Shown in pieces: positions 21,029 to 30,172 of a stretch of 64,000 bases of DNA (position 1 is the stretch's first letter; every line of letters starts with the position of its first letter). The notes under the pieces are model-generated. The model was given only the letters and a program-made list of their open reading frames with translations, made no database searches and had not been told where the DNA came from. Source of the DNA: a candidate division Kazan bacterium RIFCSPLOWO2_01_FULL_48_13 (GTDB taxonomy: Bacteria; Patescibacteriota; Kazan-3B-28; UBA10110). The translations under genes were made by a program, and so were the position numbers. The stretch lies in NCBI GenBank assembly GCA_001771275.1, contig METE01000001.1:55158-119157 (forward strand). Direction: 5' to 3'.

Positions 21029-22642
21029 TTAGTTAAGCTTAGTTGTGAGAACTCGACCAAATAGCCAGCAATTATTGTCTTGATATAGTGCTTCCCAGCC
21101 ATCGGAGTTACGCAGAAAATACTGCGCAAATTGACTTTGTTTTTTAATCAAGATTAAATCGGCCTTATATTTATTTAAGATGGCTGTGGTCGGCTCATCC
21201 TCTACCGATAACGAGGTGTACTCCTTGAATAGATTTTGAGTGGGAGTCTGCCAGATTGCCATCCGCCCATCAATAAATACCGGTTTTTCGGGCAGCTGCC
21301 AGATTAGATAACCACCCCAGCCATACTCGTTAAACAAGTTACCAGGCAGGTGATGCTCTTTTATATACTGCACTGCGCCCACTGGATAGCCGGCGGCCCT
21401 GAACAATGATTCTTGATTGGTCGATAGGGGCACCACGCTGAGAGATTGAACATAACCGTAGTATCCCACCCCAATCAATAAGGCAAATCCTATCCAGACC
21501 GATCGAGTATAGTAGCTAATGCCGGCTGGTAGCAATACGGCAACGGCATCGGCTAAGAGTGGTAAAGTAACTAATGGGAATAACGGCATATTTCGCCAGC
21601 TGCTGATAGAAATTACAAAAAATACTATCCCAATAAATATTTTAGTGCCATCCATTTTACGCCAACTCATCAGCACAAATATCGCTAACAAGATTGCATA
21701 GATCAGTAGATTAAAGCCATTAACGCTGCCTAAATCCACCGGTAGCCATTCCGAGATATTAGATTTAACTAAATCGTTAAAGACCGTTCTAACAAATTCC
21801 TCATACACTCGCCAAGTGTATGGATTAACCAGAGTCACCGCACCCGACAACAGACCCACCCAGACTAACTGCCACAACTCTTTAGCCGATAGAAATCCAG
21901 CTCCTTTTGTCATTCCAGACTCGATCTGGAATCCAGGCCTGGATCCTGAATCCGAACTTGGCCCTTGGCCAGTCGATCCAGGATGACAGTTTTGTAATTT
22001 AGGATGACGCCCAGACCGCTTCCATATATACTTAGCCAACTCAAACACTCCAAACGCGCCCATTAAAATTAGCCCAGCCATAAATCCACCATGCAGATTT
22101 ACCCAGATCAGCATCAAGGGGATCAGCCAAAATATTAATTTGTTTTCTGGCTTTTCTCGCCATCGAAATAGAATCCACAAGATAGCCGCCAACCCTAATA
22201 ATGTAATCAGCTGAGGCCGGACTCCCACGATTGGGTAAGCTACTAATATGGCAATCAGTGTGGTCAACACGGTCGCTGGCCAACTAACCCGGGATACCCG
22301 AGAGGCCAATAGATAGGCGGCGACGGCGATCAAGGCAAATAAAACTACTAAAAATAATAGGCCCCAATAATGTGACCCAAGATATAGTAGCACATCAGTT
22401 AGCCACTCGTGCGATATCCACGGATAGCCCGGCATAGTATACGAGTAGCTGTCGCCCCGCGGGACTCCAAATTTTAAGATATCTTCCCCGTTTCTAAGAT
22501 GCCAGCCCAAATCCGGATCACGAGGTGAACGCAAGGTTAATAAAAAAGCCAATGTTAAAGTGAGTGCTATAAACGATCGATCACGCAGAATCGCCACTTT
22601 TGACGAGAATCTATTCATTGCCTGTATTAATAAATTTAACAT
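21029..22642 (-). CDS. GT-C-like polytopic membrane protein (DPDxGW family) with 27-aa repeat insertion
   Basis: DPDLGWHLRNG, WISHEWL, WVNLHGGF, VNPY, ISEW, LFNEYGWGGYLIW, FIDGRM. Confidence 0.75.
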   Translation of the reverse strand: MLNLLIQAMNRFSSKVAILRDRSFIALTLTLAFLLTLRSPRDPDLGWHLRNGEDILKFGVPRGDSYSYTMPGYPWISHEWLTDVLLYLGSHYWGLLFLVVLFALIAVAAYLLASRVSRVSWPATVLTTLIAILVAYPIVGVRPQLITLLGLAAILWILFRWREKPENKLIFWLIPLMLIWVNLHGGFMAGLILMGAFGVFELAKYIWKRSGRHPKLQNCHPGSTGQGPSSDSGSRPGFQIESGMTKGAGFLSAKELWQLVWVGLLSGAVTLVNPYTWRVYEEFVRTVFNDLVKSNISEWLPVDLGSVNGFNLLIYAILLAIFVLMSWRKMDGTKIFIGIVFFVISISSWRNMPLFPLVTLPLLADAVAVLLPAGISYYTRSVWIGFALLIGVGYYGYVQSLSVVPLSTNQESLFRAAGYPVGAVQYIKEHHLPGNLFNEYGWGGYLIWQLPEKPVFIDGRMAIWQTPTQNLFKEYTSLSVEDEPTTAILNKYKADLILIKKQSQFAQYFLRNSDGWEALYQDNNCWLFGRVLTTKLN

Positions 22643-24281
22643 GATCAGCCTGGGCTAAAAATTCTCTAACGGAAGGTAGAGAGAGGTCATAGTAGGTAAT
22701 ATGACCGATCCGCTCAGGCAATGTAATCGCTGATAATTTATTAGCAACTGGATCATTCCAGTTTTCCCTCACCACCACCATCCAATTATCTCCAGGCGCT
22801 AATTCCAGATCATCCACTAACTCATATCTTTGGCCATAAGCTCTATACCAGTTTTTATGCTCGGGATTAGCTATTCCCCACGCTATCCGCTGGTAGGTAA
22901 CATGGTTCGGAAAATAGTATTGAAAATGCTCTAAGCCCCAATGTATAAATGGTTGATCAATGGCTATAACCGTATTTTGAGGATTAAATTCTTGGTTAAT
23001 AGTCGGTATAAGATTATTCCACAGCCGATCTATCGTATAGATGGTGTAATGAGTTGGTACATTGGGCTCAATAATCTGGCGCCCAGACCTTAAATAAATC
23101 CAGGTGTTGCCGGCGATCAATAATGATATGACACTAATCAGATAGGCAGTTGGCCAAAATCGTTGTGCCGATGGTAGATGAGCTAATAATTGAACCGTTA
23201 CATCAACTAAGATGGTAATTGTTCTGGCAATCAAGATCGTTAGCCCAGGGATGAGTACTAACAAATAACCCGGAAGAGTATAGACACCGAAGATATAGAA
23301 CAAACTGGCCGGCAAAACTAATACTAACCAAAAGTATAAATTGAATAAATTAATCTTGTTGGTGTTAGTTCGCGGGACAGCCAGTAGCGCTAAGAATAGC
23401 ACCAAAGCCGCGCTGGAAAAATTGAAATTGATCAATAAGCCCTTGAATATCATATTAAACTGATCCCACGCAGCGCTTAAGCCATGGTTAAGCGACACGA
23501 ATTTGTCCATCCCGGGCGCTAACAACAGCGCACTAACTGCTGCCCAAAATTTTAACCATCCGCCACTAAGAGCTGCCGCTGGCCAGACCCAACTTAAAGT
23601 AATTAGCCCAATAACCCCCACATTCAAAAGCGCCACTCGCCAACTGCGTTGTCGCCAAATCATCCATAGCCACAACGGCGCCATAAACAATACCGAAGTG
23701 GGCCTAAACCCACCACTAATGGCTAATACCACACTCGCCCACAACGCTAATCGTGGGTTAGCCTTTTTGGTCGATAGAATCTGATACGCTAAATAACCAA
23801 ACCAAGACATAAACAACGCATCGGATAAATAGTTGAGTGCTACTTGGCCGTAGAACCAAACTACTGGCGCTGATATAAACATCGACACCGCCACCCACGC
23901 CGTTGGCTGGCCATATATTTTTTTGGCTAAATAATAGAGGGTATACAGCGCCCCAATTGAGAAGATGATGCTAACAATAATGAGAGCAGTATTAGCATCT
24001 CCCATTAACCAATAGATTGGTTTAGTAAACAGAATGTACAACGCGTAGCCCATTGGATGAGGCCGGTGGATTGACACATCGTATTTATCTAAGGCTAAAG
24101 CGTATTTGACCGCATCGACCGAATAGAGAAACTGGCTATGACCAACCCAACGGGTAACAATTATGGTAATAGCTAAAATCCCTAACCATAACTGCTCAGG
24201 CTGATTTGCAAACCATTTGTATATAAGTTTTATTGACAGCCGCTGGTTGGCCAATCGTTTTTTACTTAAACCTAACTTCAT
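22611..24281 (-). CDS. GT-C/ArnT-like membrane glycosyltransferase
   Basis: DAVKYALAL, HRPHPMGY, GGFRP; ~11 TM helices. Confidence 0.7.
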   Translation of the reverse strand: MKLGLSKKRLANQRLSIKLIYKWFANQPEQLWLGILAITIIVTRWVGHSQFLYSVDAVKYALALDKYDVSIHRPHPMGYALYILFTKPIYWLMGDANTALIIVSIIFSIGALYTLYYLAKKIYGQPTAWVAVSMFISAPVVWFYGQVALNYLSDALFMSWFGYLAYQILSTKKANPRLALWASVVLAISGGFRPTSVLFMAPLWLWMIWRQRSWRVALLNVGVIGLITLSWVWPAAALSGGWLKFWAAVSALLLAPGMDKFVSLNHGLSAAWDQFNMIFKGLLINFNFSSAALVLFLALLAVPRTNTNKINLFNLYFWLVLVLPASLFYIFGVYTLPGYLLVLIPGLTILIARTITILVDVTVQLLAHLPSAQRFWPTAYLISVISLLIAGNTWIYLRSGRQIIEPNVPTHYTIYTIDRLWNNLIPTINQEFNPQNTVIAIDQPFIHWGLEHFQYYFPNHVTYQRIAWGIANPEHKNWYRAYGQRYELVDDLELAPGDNWMVVVRENWNDPVANKLSAITLPERIGHITYYDLSLPSVREFLAQADHVKFINTGNE

Positions 24282-24493
24282 ATATCTATTCTATCGGTAA
24301 GCGGTGATTTAAAAAAGCGCCCAGCATGATAGTAGGACGCTCGACCGATTGATTCTTACACTGCCCTAATTAGCTCAGAGTGTAAGTAAGTTCCCATAAC
24401 TTTAGGGCGACAGACAAATTGTCTGCCGCCCATTTTTTATATAAAAACAGCCGCTCAGAGATAGCGGCGCTTAGTAAGTCCGATGAGTAATAT

Positions 24494-25081
24494 TTAAGTA
24501 AGGGTAAAGGTAGCTATGCCAGTATAAACACCGGCTGCGTCGGTGCCGGTAACATTCAATAGAAACTCTGAGTTATCATAACCAAACGCGCCACTCGCCT
24601 GAGTAGAGCCATTAAGAATGGTGCTGCCGCCGTCGTTAAGCGGGCCGTCTCCCGACATCAGGGCAACTCGGTTGGTATCTCCCGCTGAGATATTGCGGAT
24701 AGTACCATTATTAGTGATCTTTAGCCGACTGGCCGAGATGATATTGGTACCAGCCTGCATATTATTAGCACTAACGGTCACATTCCATTCAGTGCCGCTA
24801 CCGCGCAAATCAGTAATTTCGACTCCATCTGTTTCTGTGTCACCGACATGAGCCGAGTTACTCTCGCCATAGTTCATCATCGGGAAATTGACGCCTTCTG
24901 GCGCGTTAACAATAGTAAAAGCCCCAGCGTTAACATTAAATGAGACATTAGTTAAATCAGTGTCTGCCCACACCACTCCCAAAGTGTTGCCGATCATCAG
25001 AGCGGCTACCAAAAGGGCAAGACCGCCAAATAGTTGCTGTCTGACCTGATTTTCCGCCTTTTTGAGAATAGTGTTATCCAT
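24494..25081 (-). CDS. Small secreted WxL-like subunit
   Basis: Signal peptide ending VWA; ITDLRGSGTEWNVTV; C-terminal AGVYTGIATFTLT. Confidence 0.72.
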   Translation of the reverse strand: MDNTILKKAENQVRQQLFGGLALLVAALMIGNTLGVVWADTDLTNVSFNVNAGAFTIVNAPEGVNFPMMNYGESNSAHVGDTETDGVEITDLRGSGTEWNVTVSANNMQAGTNIISASRLKITNNGTIRNISAGDTNRVALMSGDGPLNDGGSTILNGSTQASGAFGYDNSEFLLNVTGTDAAGVYTGIATFTLT

Positions 25082-25115
25082 TGCTTTTTAGGGGTTGTTT
25101 TTAACCTGTTATCTT

Positions 25116-25144
25116 ATTATATCACTATATAAACAACCTGTCAA
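25116..25144 (-). promoter_or_regulatory. Consensus sigma70 promoter of the WxL subunit gene
   Basis: TTGACA-17 nt-TATAAT on minus strand, 35 nt before ATG. Confidence 0.75.
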
Positions 25145-25428
25145 GAGATATATTCTACCCTCTCGACCGGTTCAGTGATCGCCCAAAATGAGACCCCTCC
25201 TTGATGATGTCCACCCATGACATTTAAACTGCTCTCATTAAAACATAAATAGTTTTTTGCTGTCAAACATTTTGTAAAAAATAATGTGGATAATTATTAG
25301 GTTTAACACACTTCATAAATATTTCCGCTATACTTGATTGGGAATAAGTTTGATAATCCACCATCGGGGCGTGGCCTATCCCCAAAGGGGCCCCTTCGGG
25401 GTAGCATTATTCGATGGAGGGTTATGGC

Positions 25429-25503
25429 CGGGGCGTAGCGCAGTGGTAGCGCGCCGCGTTTGGGACGCGGAGGTCGCAGGTTCGACTCCTGTCGCCCCGA
25501 CCA
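25429..25503 (+). tRNA. tRNA-Pro(TGG)
   Basis: CGGGGCG acceptor stem, anticodon arm CCGCG-TTTGGGA-CGCGG, GTTCGAC, CCA. Confidence 0.95.
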
Positions 25504-25663
25504 TAACTCTTTCATCTGGCGGTCCGACTGGTCGGACAGGCTCGCCCCGAAGCACATCGGGGCGCACCCCGACCATAAAAATATCATCACCCCTCCACTT
25601 CATTCCGTCATTCTGGCAAATCCGTCAGCTGACGGATGCGTCCAGAATCTTTACAATGAACTC

Positions 25664-25975
25664 ATGATTAAGGGAGGGTTTGTTTATATTATGGGGAGTT
25701 ATAAATTAACTCTGTACACAGGGGTAACCAATAATTTAATTCGTAGGGTATACGAACATAAATACAGCTTGGTTCCTGGATTTACAGCTAAATACAAATG
25801 CCACAATTTACTTTATTACGAGACCTCTGATTTTATAGAGCCTGCTATTATTCGAGAAAAGCAAATTAAGGATTTAAATCGAATCGATAAGATTAAACTA
25901 ATTAAAACCATCAACCCCAACTTAGAGGATTTGTACTCACAGATTCTGGGCGCGTCTGCTGACTTGCCAGAATGA
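25664..25975 (+). CDS. Small GIY-YIG nuclease (YhbQ/UPF0213-like) flanked by palindromic repeats
   Basis: FVYIM...LYTGVTNNLIRRVYEHK...GFTAKY...YYE...AIIREKQIK...NP..EDL. Confidence 0.88.
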   Translation: MIKGGFVYIMGSYKLTLYTGVTNNLIRRVYEHKYSLVPGFTAKYKCHNLLYYETSDFIEPAIIREKQIKDLNRIDKIKLIKTINPNLEDLYSQILGASADLPE

Positions 25976-26410
25976 CGATATTAAGAGGATTTGTACTCAC
26001 AGATTCTGGGCGCGTCTGCTGACTTGCCAGAATGACGATAGAGAAATTCGGAATAATAAGACGGCGACTCAGAACGAAAAAATAAACCGTCATTCTGGTA
26101 AGTCCGTCAGCTGACGGACGCATCCAGAATCTTATATACAATTCTGGACAACTTAGAATGACGAGGAGGGTAGGATGACGATATTAAGAGGATTTGTATT
26201 CACAGATTCTGGGCGCGTCTGCTGACTTGCCAGAATGACGATGAAGAAAGATTCTGGATCACCGCTTTCGCGGGGATGACGATGAGAAGTAAACGGCGTC
26301 AATTATACGATCCTGGACGAAGCCAGGATGACGCCACAAGGTAAACGGCGTCAATTATACGATCCTGGACGAAGCCAGGATGACGCCACAAGGTAAACGG
26401 CGTCAATTAT
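25924..26410. repeat. Tandem duplications of the GIY-YIG 3' end/right IR, and ~52-nt tandem palindromes
   Basis: agaggatttgtactcacagattctgggcgcgtctgctgacttgccagaatgacgat at ~25924, 25984 and 26186; gtaaacggcgtcaattatacgatcctggacgaagccaggatgacg at 26289 and 26341. Confidence 0.85.
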
Positions 26411-26508
26411 CACCTGTGAGTATGGGTTTTTGGTATAAAAAGGTTTACGCATCGCCCCCATACTCCTATACTTTTTTTGTTAATAGAGATTTAAATTCTA
26501 AGGAATAA

Positions 26509-27840
26509 ATGGCAGAAGAAAATCAGCCGCCGGGGGAAGACAAGAAGAAATTTTTATTCGTTTCGTACGACGCGTTAATCACCGATATCGCTTGGCAGGT
26601 TACCAAAGAAGGTCACGAAGTTAAATATTACATTGATAACAAAGAAGAAGCCGACATCGCTGACGGTTTTGTTAATAAATCGACCGATTGGAAGACGGAT
26701 GTCGATTGGGCAGATGTAATTGTATTTGACGATGTGTTGGGTTTTGGCACCGAAGCCGACAAGCTGCGCAAACAAGGGAAACTGGTAGTCGGCGGCACGC
26801 CGTACAGCGATAAATTAGAAGACGATCGCAGTTTTGGCCAAGAAGAGTTAAAGAAGCAAGGGATCAATATTATCCCCTACCGCGACTTTACCGATTTTGG
26901 CGAAGCGATCGAATACATTAAACAAAACCCAGACGAATATGTGATCAAGCCCAGCGGTGAGGCCCAGAACTACAAGGGTTTACTTTTTGTTGGTGTAGAA
27001 AAAGACGGCAGCGATGTTATTAGAATGCTCGAAGCCTACAAGCGGGTGTGGTCCGAGGTGATCAAAGTCTTTCAACTGCAGAAGCGGGTGAGCGGCATCG
27101 AGGTAGCGGTCGGCGCGTTCTTCAACGGCCGTAAATTCATCTATCCGATCAATGTCAACTTCGAGCATAAAAAGCTCTTCCCCGGCAACATCGGCCCCTC
27201 CACCGGTGAGATGGGCACCTCGATGTTTTGGAGCGATCCCAATCGGCTATTTAACAGCACCCTATTAAAGATGGAGGCCGCCTTGGCCGCCGATAACTAT
27301 GTTGGCTATATCGACCTCAACTGTATCGTTAATGGCTACGGTATCTACCCGTTAGAGTTCACCTCGCGGTTTGGCTACCCCACTATCAGCATCCAGCAGG
27401 AAGGGATGATTACCCCCATCGGCGAGTTTCTCTACGCGCTGGCGGCTGGCCAGGATGTTCAGCTTAAAACTAAGAAGGGGTTTCAGATCGGCGCTCGAGT
27501 AGTGGTGGCCCCGTTCCCCTTCCGCGACAAAAAGACCTTCGAGCAGGATTCGAAAGGCACCACCATCGTCTTCAAAAATAAGAATGGCAAAGACCCGGAA
27601 GGCATTCACATCGAAGATATCAAACTGGTCAATGGCGAGTGGGTAGTCACCGGTTCATCCGGAACTGCGCTAATCGTGGTCGGTACCGGTCTGTCGATGA
27701 AACAGGCCCAGCAGCAGATGTATAATCGCATCCAGAATATTGTCCTGCCCAATATGTACTACCGCGACGATATCGGCGACCGGTGGCAGGAGGAGGATAG
27801 CGACCGGCTGCACAGCTGGGGCTACCTCCGCGAACAATAA
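26509..27840 (+). CDS. PurD-like ATP-grasp ligase (phosphoribosylamine-glycine ligase-related)
   Basis: LEDDRSFG, VIKPSG, EHKKL..GNIGPSTGEMG, LEFTSRFGYP, YYRDDIG; lacks the GSGGREH N-terminal motif. Confidence 0.7.
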   Translation: MAEENQPPGEDKKKFLFVSYDALITDIAWQVTKEGHEVKYYIDNKEEADIADGFVNKSTDWKTDVDWADVIVFDDVLGFGTEADKLRKQGKLVVGGTPYSDKLEDDRSFGQEELKKQGINIIPYRDFTDFGEAIEYIKQNPDEYVIKPSGEAQNYKGLLFVGVEKDGSDVIRMLEAYKRVWSEVIKVFQLQKRVSGIEVAVGAFFNGRKFIYPINVNFEHKKLFPGNIGPSTGEMGTSMFWSDPNRLFNSTLLKMEAALAADNYVGYIDLNCIVNGYGIYPLEFTSRFGYPTISIQQEGMITPIGEFLYALAAGQDVQLKTKKGFQIGARVVVAPFPFRDKKTFEQDSKGTTIVFKNKNGKDPEGIHIEDIKLVNGEWVVTGSSGTALIVVGTGLSMKQAQQQMYNRIQNIVLPNMYYRDDIGDRWQEEDSDRLHSWGYLREQ

Positions 27841-27891
27841 CGGGTTACTGCGCCCATCATCGCTCCGTCATGCTGAATTTAGCTCAGCATC

Positions 27892-28090
27892 TTCCTATTA
27901 TTCTTTTGCTACCATTTTGCTCGTCCAAAACGGTAGCGCCAAAAGGACGGCCAGTCGTCAGAACTATCAATTGGCTAAATCCTTGGGCGCTCTCGCTGAA
28001 CTCGTCGTTACACTCCTCAAACAACAGCTCCACCCAACCAGGATTTAGCTCAATTGAGGACATTCCTCCTCCGATGGCGTAAAAGTCCAC
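27892..28090 (-). repeat. ~200-nt structured motif, copy 1
   Basis: Homologous to 61025-61223 with compensatory stem changes; strand assignment tentative. Confidence 0.7.
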
Positions 28091-28114
28091 AGAAAGAACT
28101 GTTATAATCGGATT

Positions 28115-29419
28115 ATGAGATACACGCAAAGTTTTCTTAAAACTAGCAAGCAAGCGCCGAAGGACGCCGAAACCATCTCACATCAGTTTTTGACCAGAGG
28201 CGGATTTATTCACACGCTGGGAGCTGGTTTTTATTCAATGCTACCAATGGGGTTTCGAGTCCGCGAGAAGGTAATGCAAATTATTAAAGAAGAGCTGAAT
28301 GCTATTGGGGTCGAGGATATGATCATGCCGGTGGTCCATCCAGCCAAGCTGTGGAAGGAGACCGGACGGTTCGAGACTATTGGCCCAGAACTTTGGCGGA
28401 TAAAAAACCGAAGCAAGGAGGATTTTGTGCTGGCGATGACTCATGAGGAGATCGTTACTGATGCGGCCAAGCCGATAATTAATTCATACAAGGATCTGCC
28501 CAAATTAGTTGGCCAAATTCAAATTAAGGTGCGGGACGAAGCGCGGGCGCGGGGTGGGTTACTAAGAACCCGCGAATTCACTATGCAAGATGCTTACTCA
28601 TTCGATCGCGACGAGGCCGGATTAAATAAAAATTACGATAAATTTATCGGTGCTTACAAAAAAATATTTAAACGAGTCGGCGTCGAAACAGTTATGATCA
28701 AGTCAGATACAGGAGCAATGGGAGGGTTGGATGCCGATGAGTTTATGATGGTAGCTGATAACGGAGAAGATAGGATCTTCACCTGTCCCGTATGTGGCTA
28801 CGCCGCTAATGCTGAGTATTTAGAAGCTGTGAGTTTGCACCAAGAGCCAGACGACATACCGCTGACAAAAGACGAAAAAAGTCAGGCTGTATCAAAATCT
28901 TCAGATTGCCCCCGCTGTCTATTGATGGACACCAAACACACAAAAATGGGAATTACACGAGGCATCGAAGTCGGGAACACATTCAAACTTGGCACTAAGT
29001 ACAGCGGACCGTTGAAGTTAAATTACAAAGACGAGAAAAACCAGGAACACTCGGTGGTGATGGGTAGCTACGGTATCGGAGTTGAACGATTGATCGCCTC
29101 GGTGGTCGAGGCGAGCCACGATGATAGTGGTATTATCTGGCCGGTTAATATTGCGCCGTACCGCGTTTATCTCATCAGTATTGGAGAAGATAAAGCAGCC
29201 GATAAGCTTTATCAACGGCTAATTAAGGCTGGGGTTGAAGTATTCTACGACGATAGAGATGTTAGCCCGGGCGAGAAGTTTGCCGACGCCGATCTATTCG
29301 GCATGCCATATCGGGCGGTCGTAGGGGCTAAGGCCAAGGGCAAGGTTGAGTTAAAGAAGCGCGATGCGAAAAAAGTGGAGTTACTATCGGTCACCGAATT
29401 TTTGCGCAAAGTTAAGTAA
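28115..29419 (+). CDS. proS: Prolyl-tRNA synthetase (short form, no INS editing domain)
   Basis: LAMTHEE, RDEAR.RGGLLR.REF.MQDAYSF, GIEVGNTFKLGTKYS, MGSYGIG. Confidence 0.96.
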   Translation: MRYTQSFLKTSKQAPKDAETISHQFLTRGGFIHTLGAGFYSMLPMGFRVREKVMQIIKEELNAIGVEDMIMPVVHPAKLWKETGRFETIGPELWRIKNRSKEDFVLAMTHEEIVTDAAKPIINSYKDLPKLVGQIQIKVRDEARARGGLLRTREFTMQDAYSFDRDEAGLNKNYDKFIGAYKKIFKRVGVETVMIKSDTGAMGGLDADEFMMVADNGEDRIFTCPVCGYAANAEYLEAVSLHQEPDDIPLTKDEKSQAVSKSSDCPRCLLMDTKHTKMGITRGIEVGNTFKLGTKYSGPLKLNYKDEKNQEHSVVMGSYGIGVERLIASVVEASHDDSGIIWPVNIAPYRVYLISIGEDKAADKLYQRLIKAGVEVFYDDRDVSPGEKFADADLFGMPYRAVVGAKAKGKVELKKRDAKKVELLSVTEFLRKVK

Positions 29420-29473
29420 GTCGCCTCCGCCATCTCTGACTTTATTCTTGTCATCTATAGCATTCCCCCTCAC

Positions 29474-30155
29474 TGTCATCCTGAGAGTTACCCCTGCTGT
29501 CATCCCAGAGCCGGAGGCGATAGCCATCCGACATCTGGGATCCAGGCGAAAATGAAACAGTACTATGTTTATATCCTTGCCAGTAATCGTAACGGAACCT
29601 TGTATGTCGGGGTAACCTCTGTGTTGATTAAAAGAGTCCACGAACACAAGACGGACATCACAGCAGGGTTCACCAAAGAACACCGCGTACATCGGTTAGT
29701 ATATTACGAAGTAACCAACGACATAGAATCGGCCATTGCCCGAGAAAAACAGCTGAAATCATGGAATAGAAAATGGAAAATCGACCTGATTGAAAATACT
29801 AATCCGCAGTGGGAAGATTTATACCCGAACATTATCGGTCAAGATAGTGGCCTGGATCCTCGGGTCAAGCCCGAGGATGACAAAAGAATAGCCCGAGGAT
29901 GACAAAAAATAGCCCGAGGATGACAAAGAAGTGGCCCAATGATACCCCTCGCACTGTCATCCTGAAAACACTTTACTGGGCCAAAGGCCCCCCTTTGGGG
30001 CCGTAGGCCTATATAGATAACTTATTCAGGATCCAGGCCTGGATCCTCGGGTCAAGCCCGAGGATGACAAAAAATAGCCCGAGGATGACAAAAAATAGCC
30101 CGAGGATGACAAAGAAGTGGCCCAATGATACTAAAATGTACAGACTCAGAATGAC
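29474..30155. repeat. Palindromic elements flanking the GIY-YIG gene, with ~21-nt tandem GCCCGAGGATGACAAAA units
   Basis: Left tgtcatccc...gggatccaggc; right gcctggatcctcgggtcaagcccgaggatgaca and repeats. Confidence 0.8.
29552..29902 (+). CDS. Small GIY-YIG nuclease (YhbQ/UPF0213-like)
   Basis: YYVYILASNRNGTLYVGVTS.LIKRVHEHK...LVYYE...AIAREKQLKSWNRKWKIDLIE..NPQWEDL. Confidence 0.92.
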   Translation: MKQYYVYILASNRNGTLYVGVTSVLIKRVHEHKTDITAGFTKEHRVHRLVYYEVTNDIESAIAREKQLKSWNRKWKIDLIENTNPQWEDLYPNIIGQDSGLDPRVKPEDDKRIARG

Positions 30156-30172
30156 ACCAAGATAATTCAATA

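Noticed and set aside
25540-25577. CCCCGACCATAA duplicate of the tRNA-Pro 3' end as a prophage/island att site
   Set aside because: Only ~12 nt, ~60 nt from the tRNA, with no integrase or distant partner copy seen.
25460-25663. Extended 171-aa version of the GIY-YIG ORF
   Set aside because: The extension runs through tRNA-Pro and the left inverted repeat; the domain starts at ATG 25664.
27884-28153. ORF with GGAGGAGG SD inside the 200-nt motif
   Set aside because: The second copy (61025-61223) keeps the structure but not the ATG or reading frame.
28115-29419. ProRS lacking the editing domain as a novelty
   Set aside because: Short ProRS forms are common in many bacteria.
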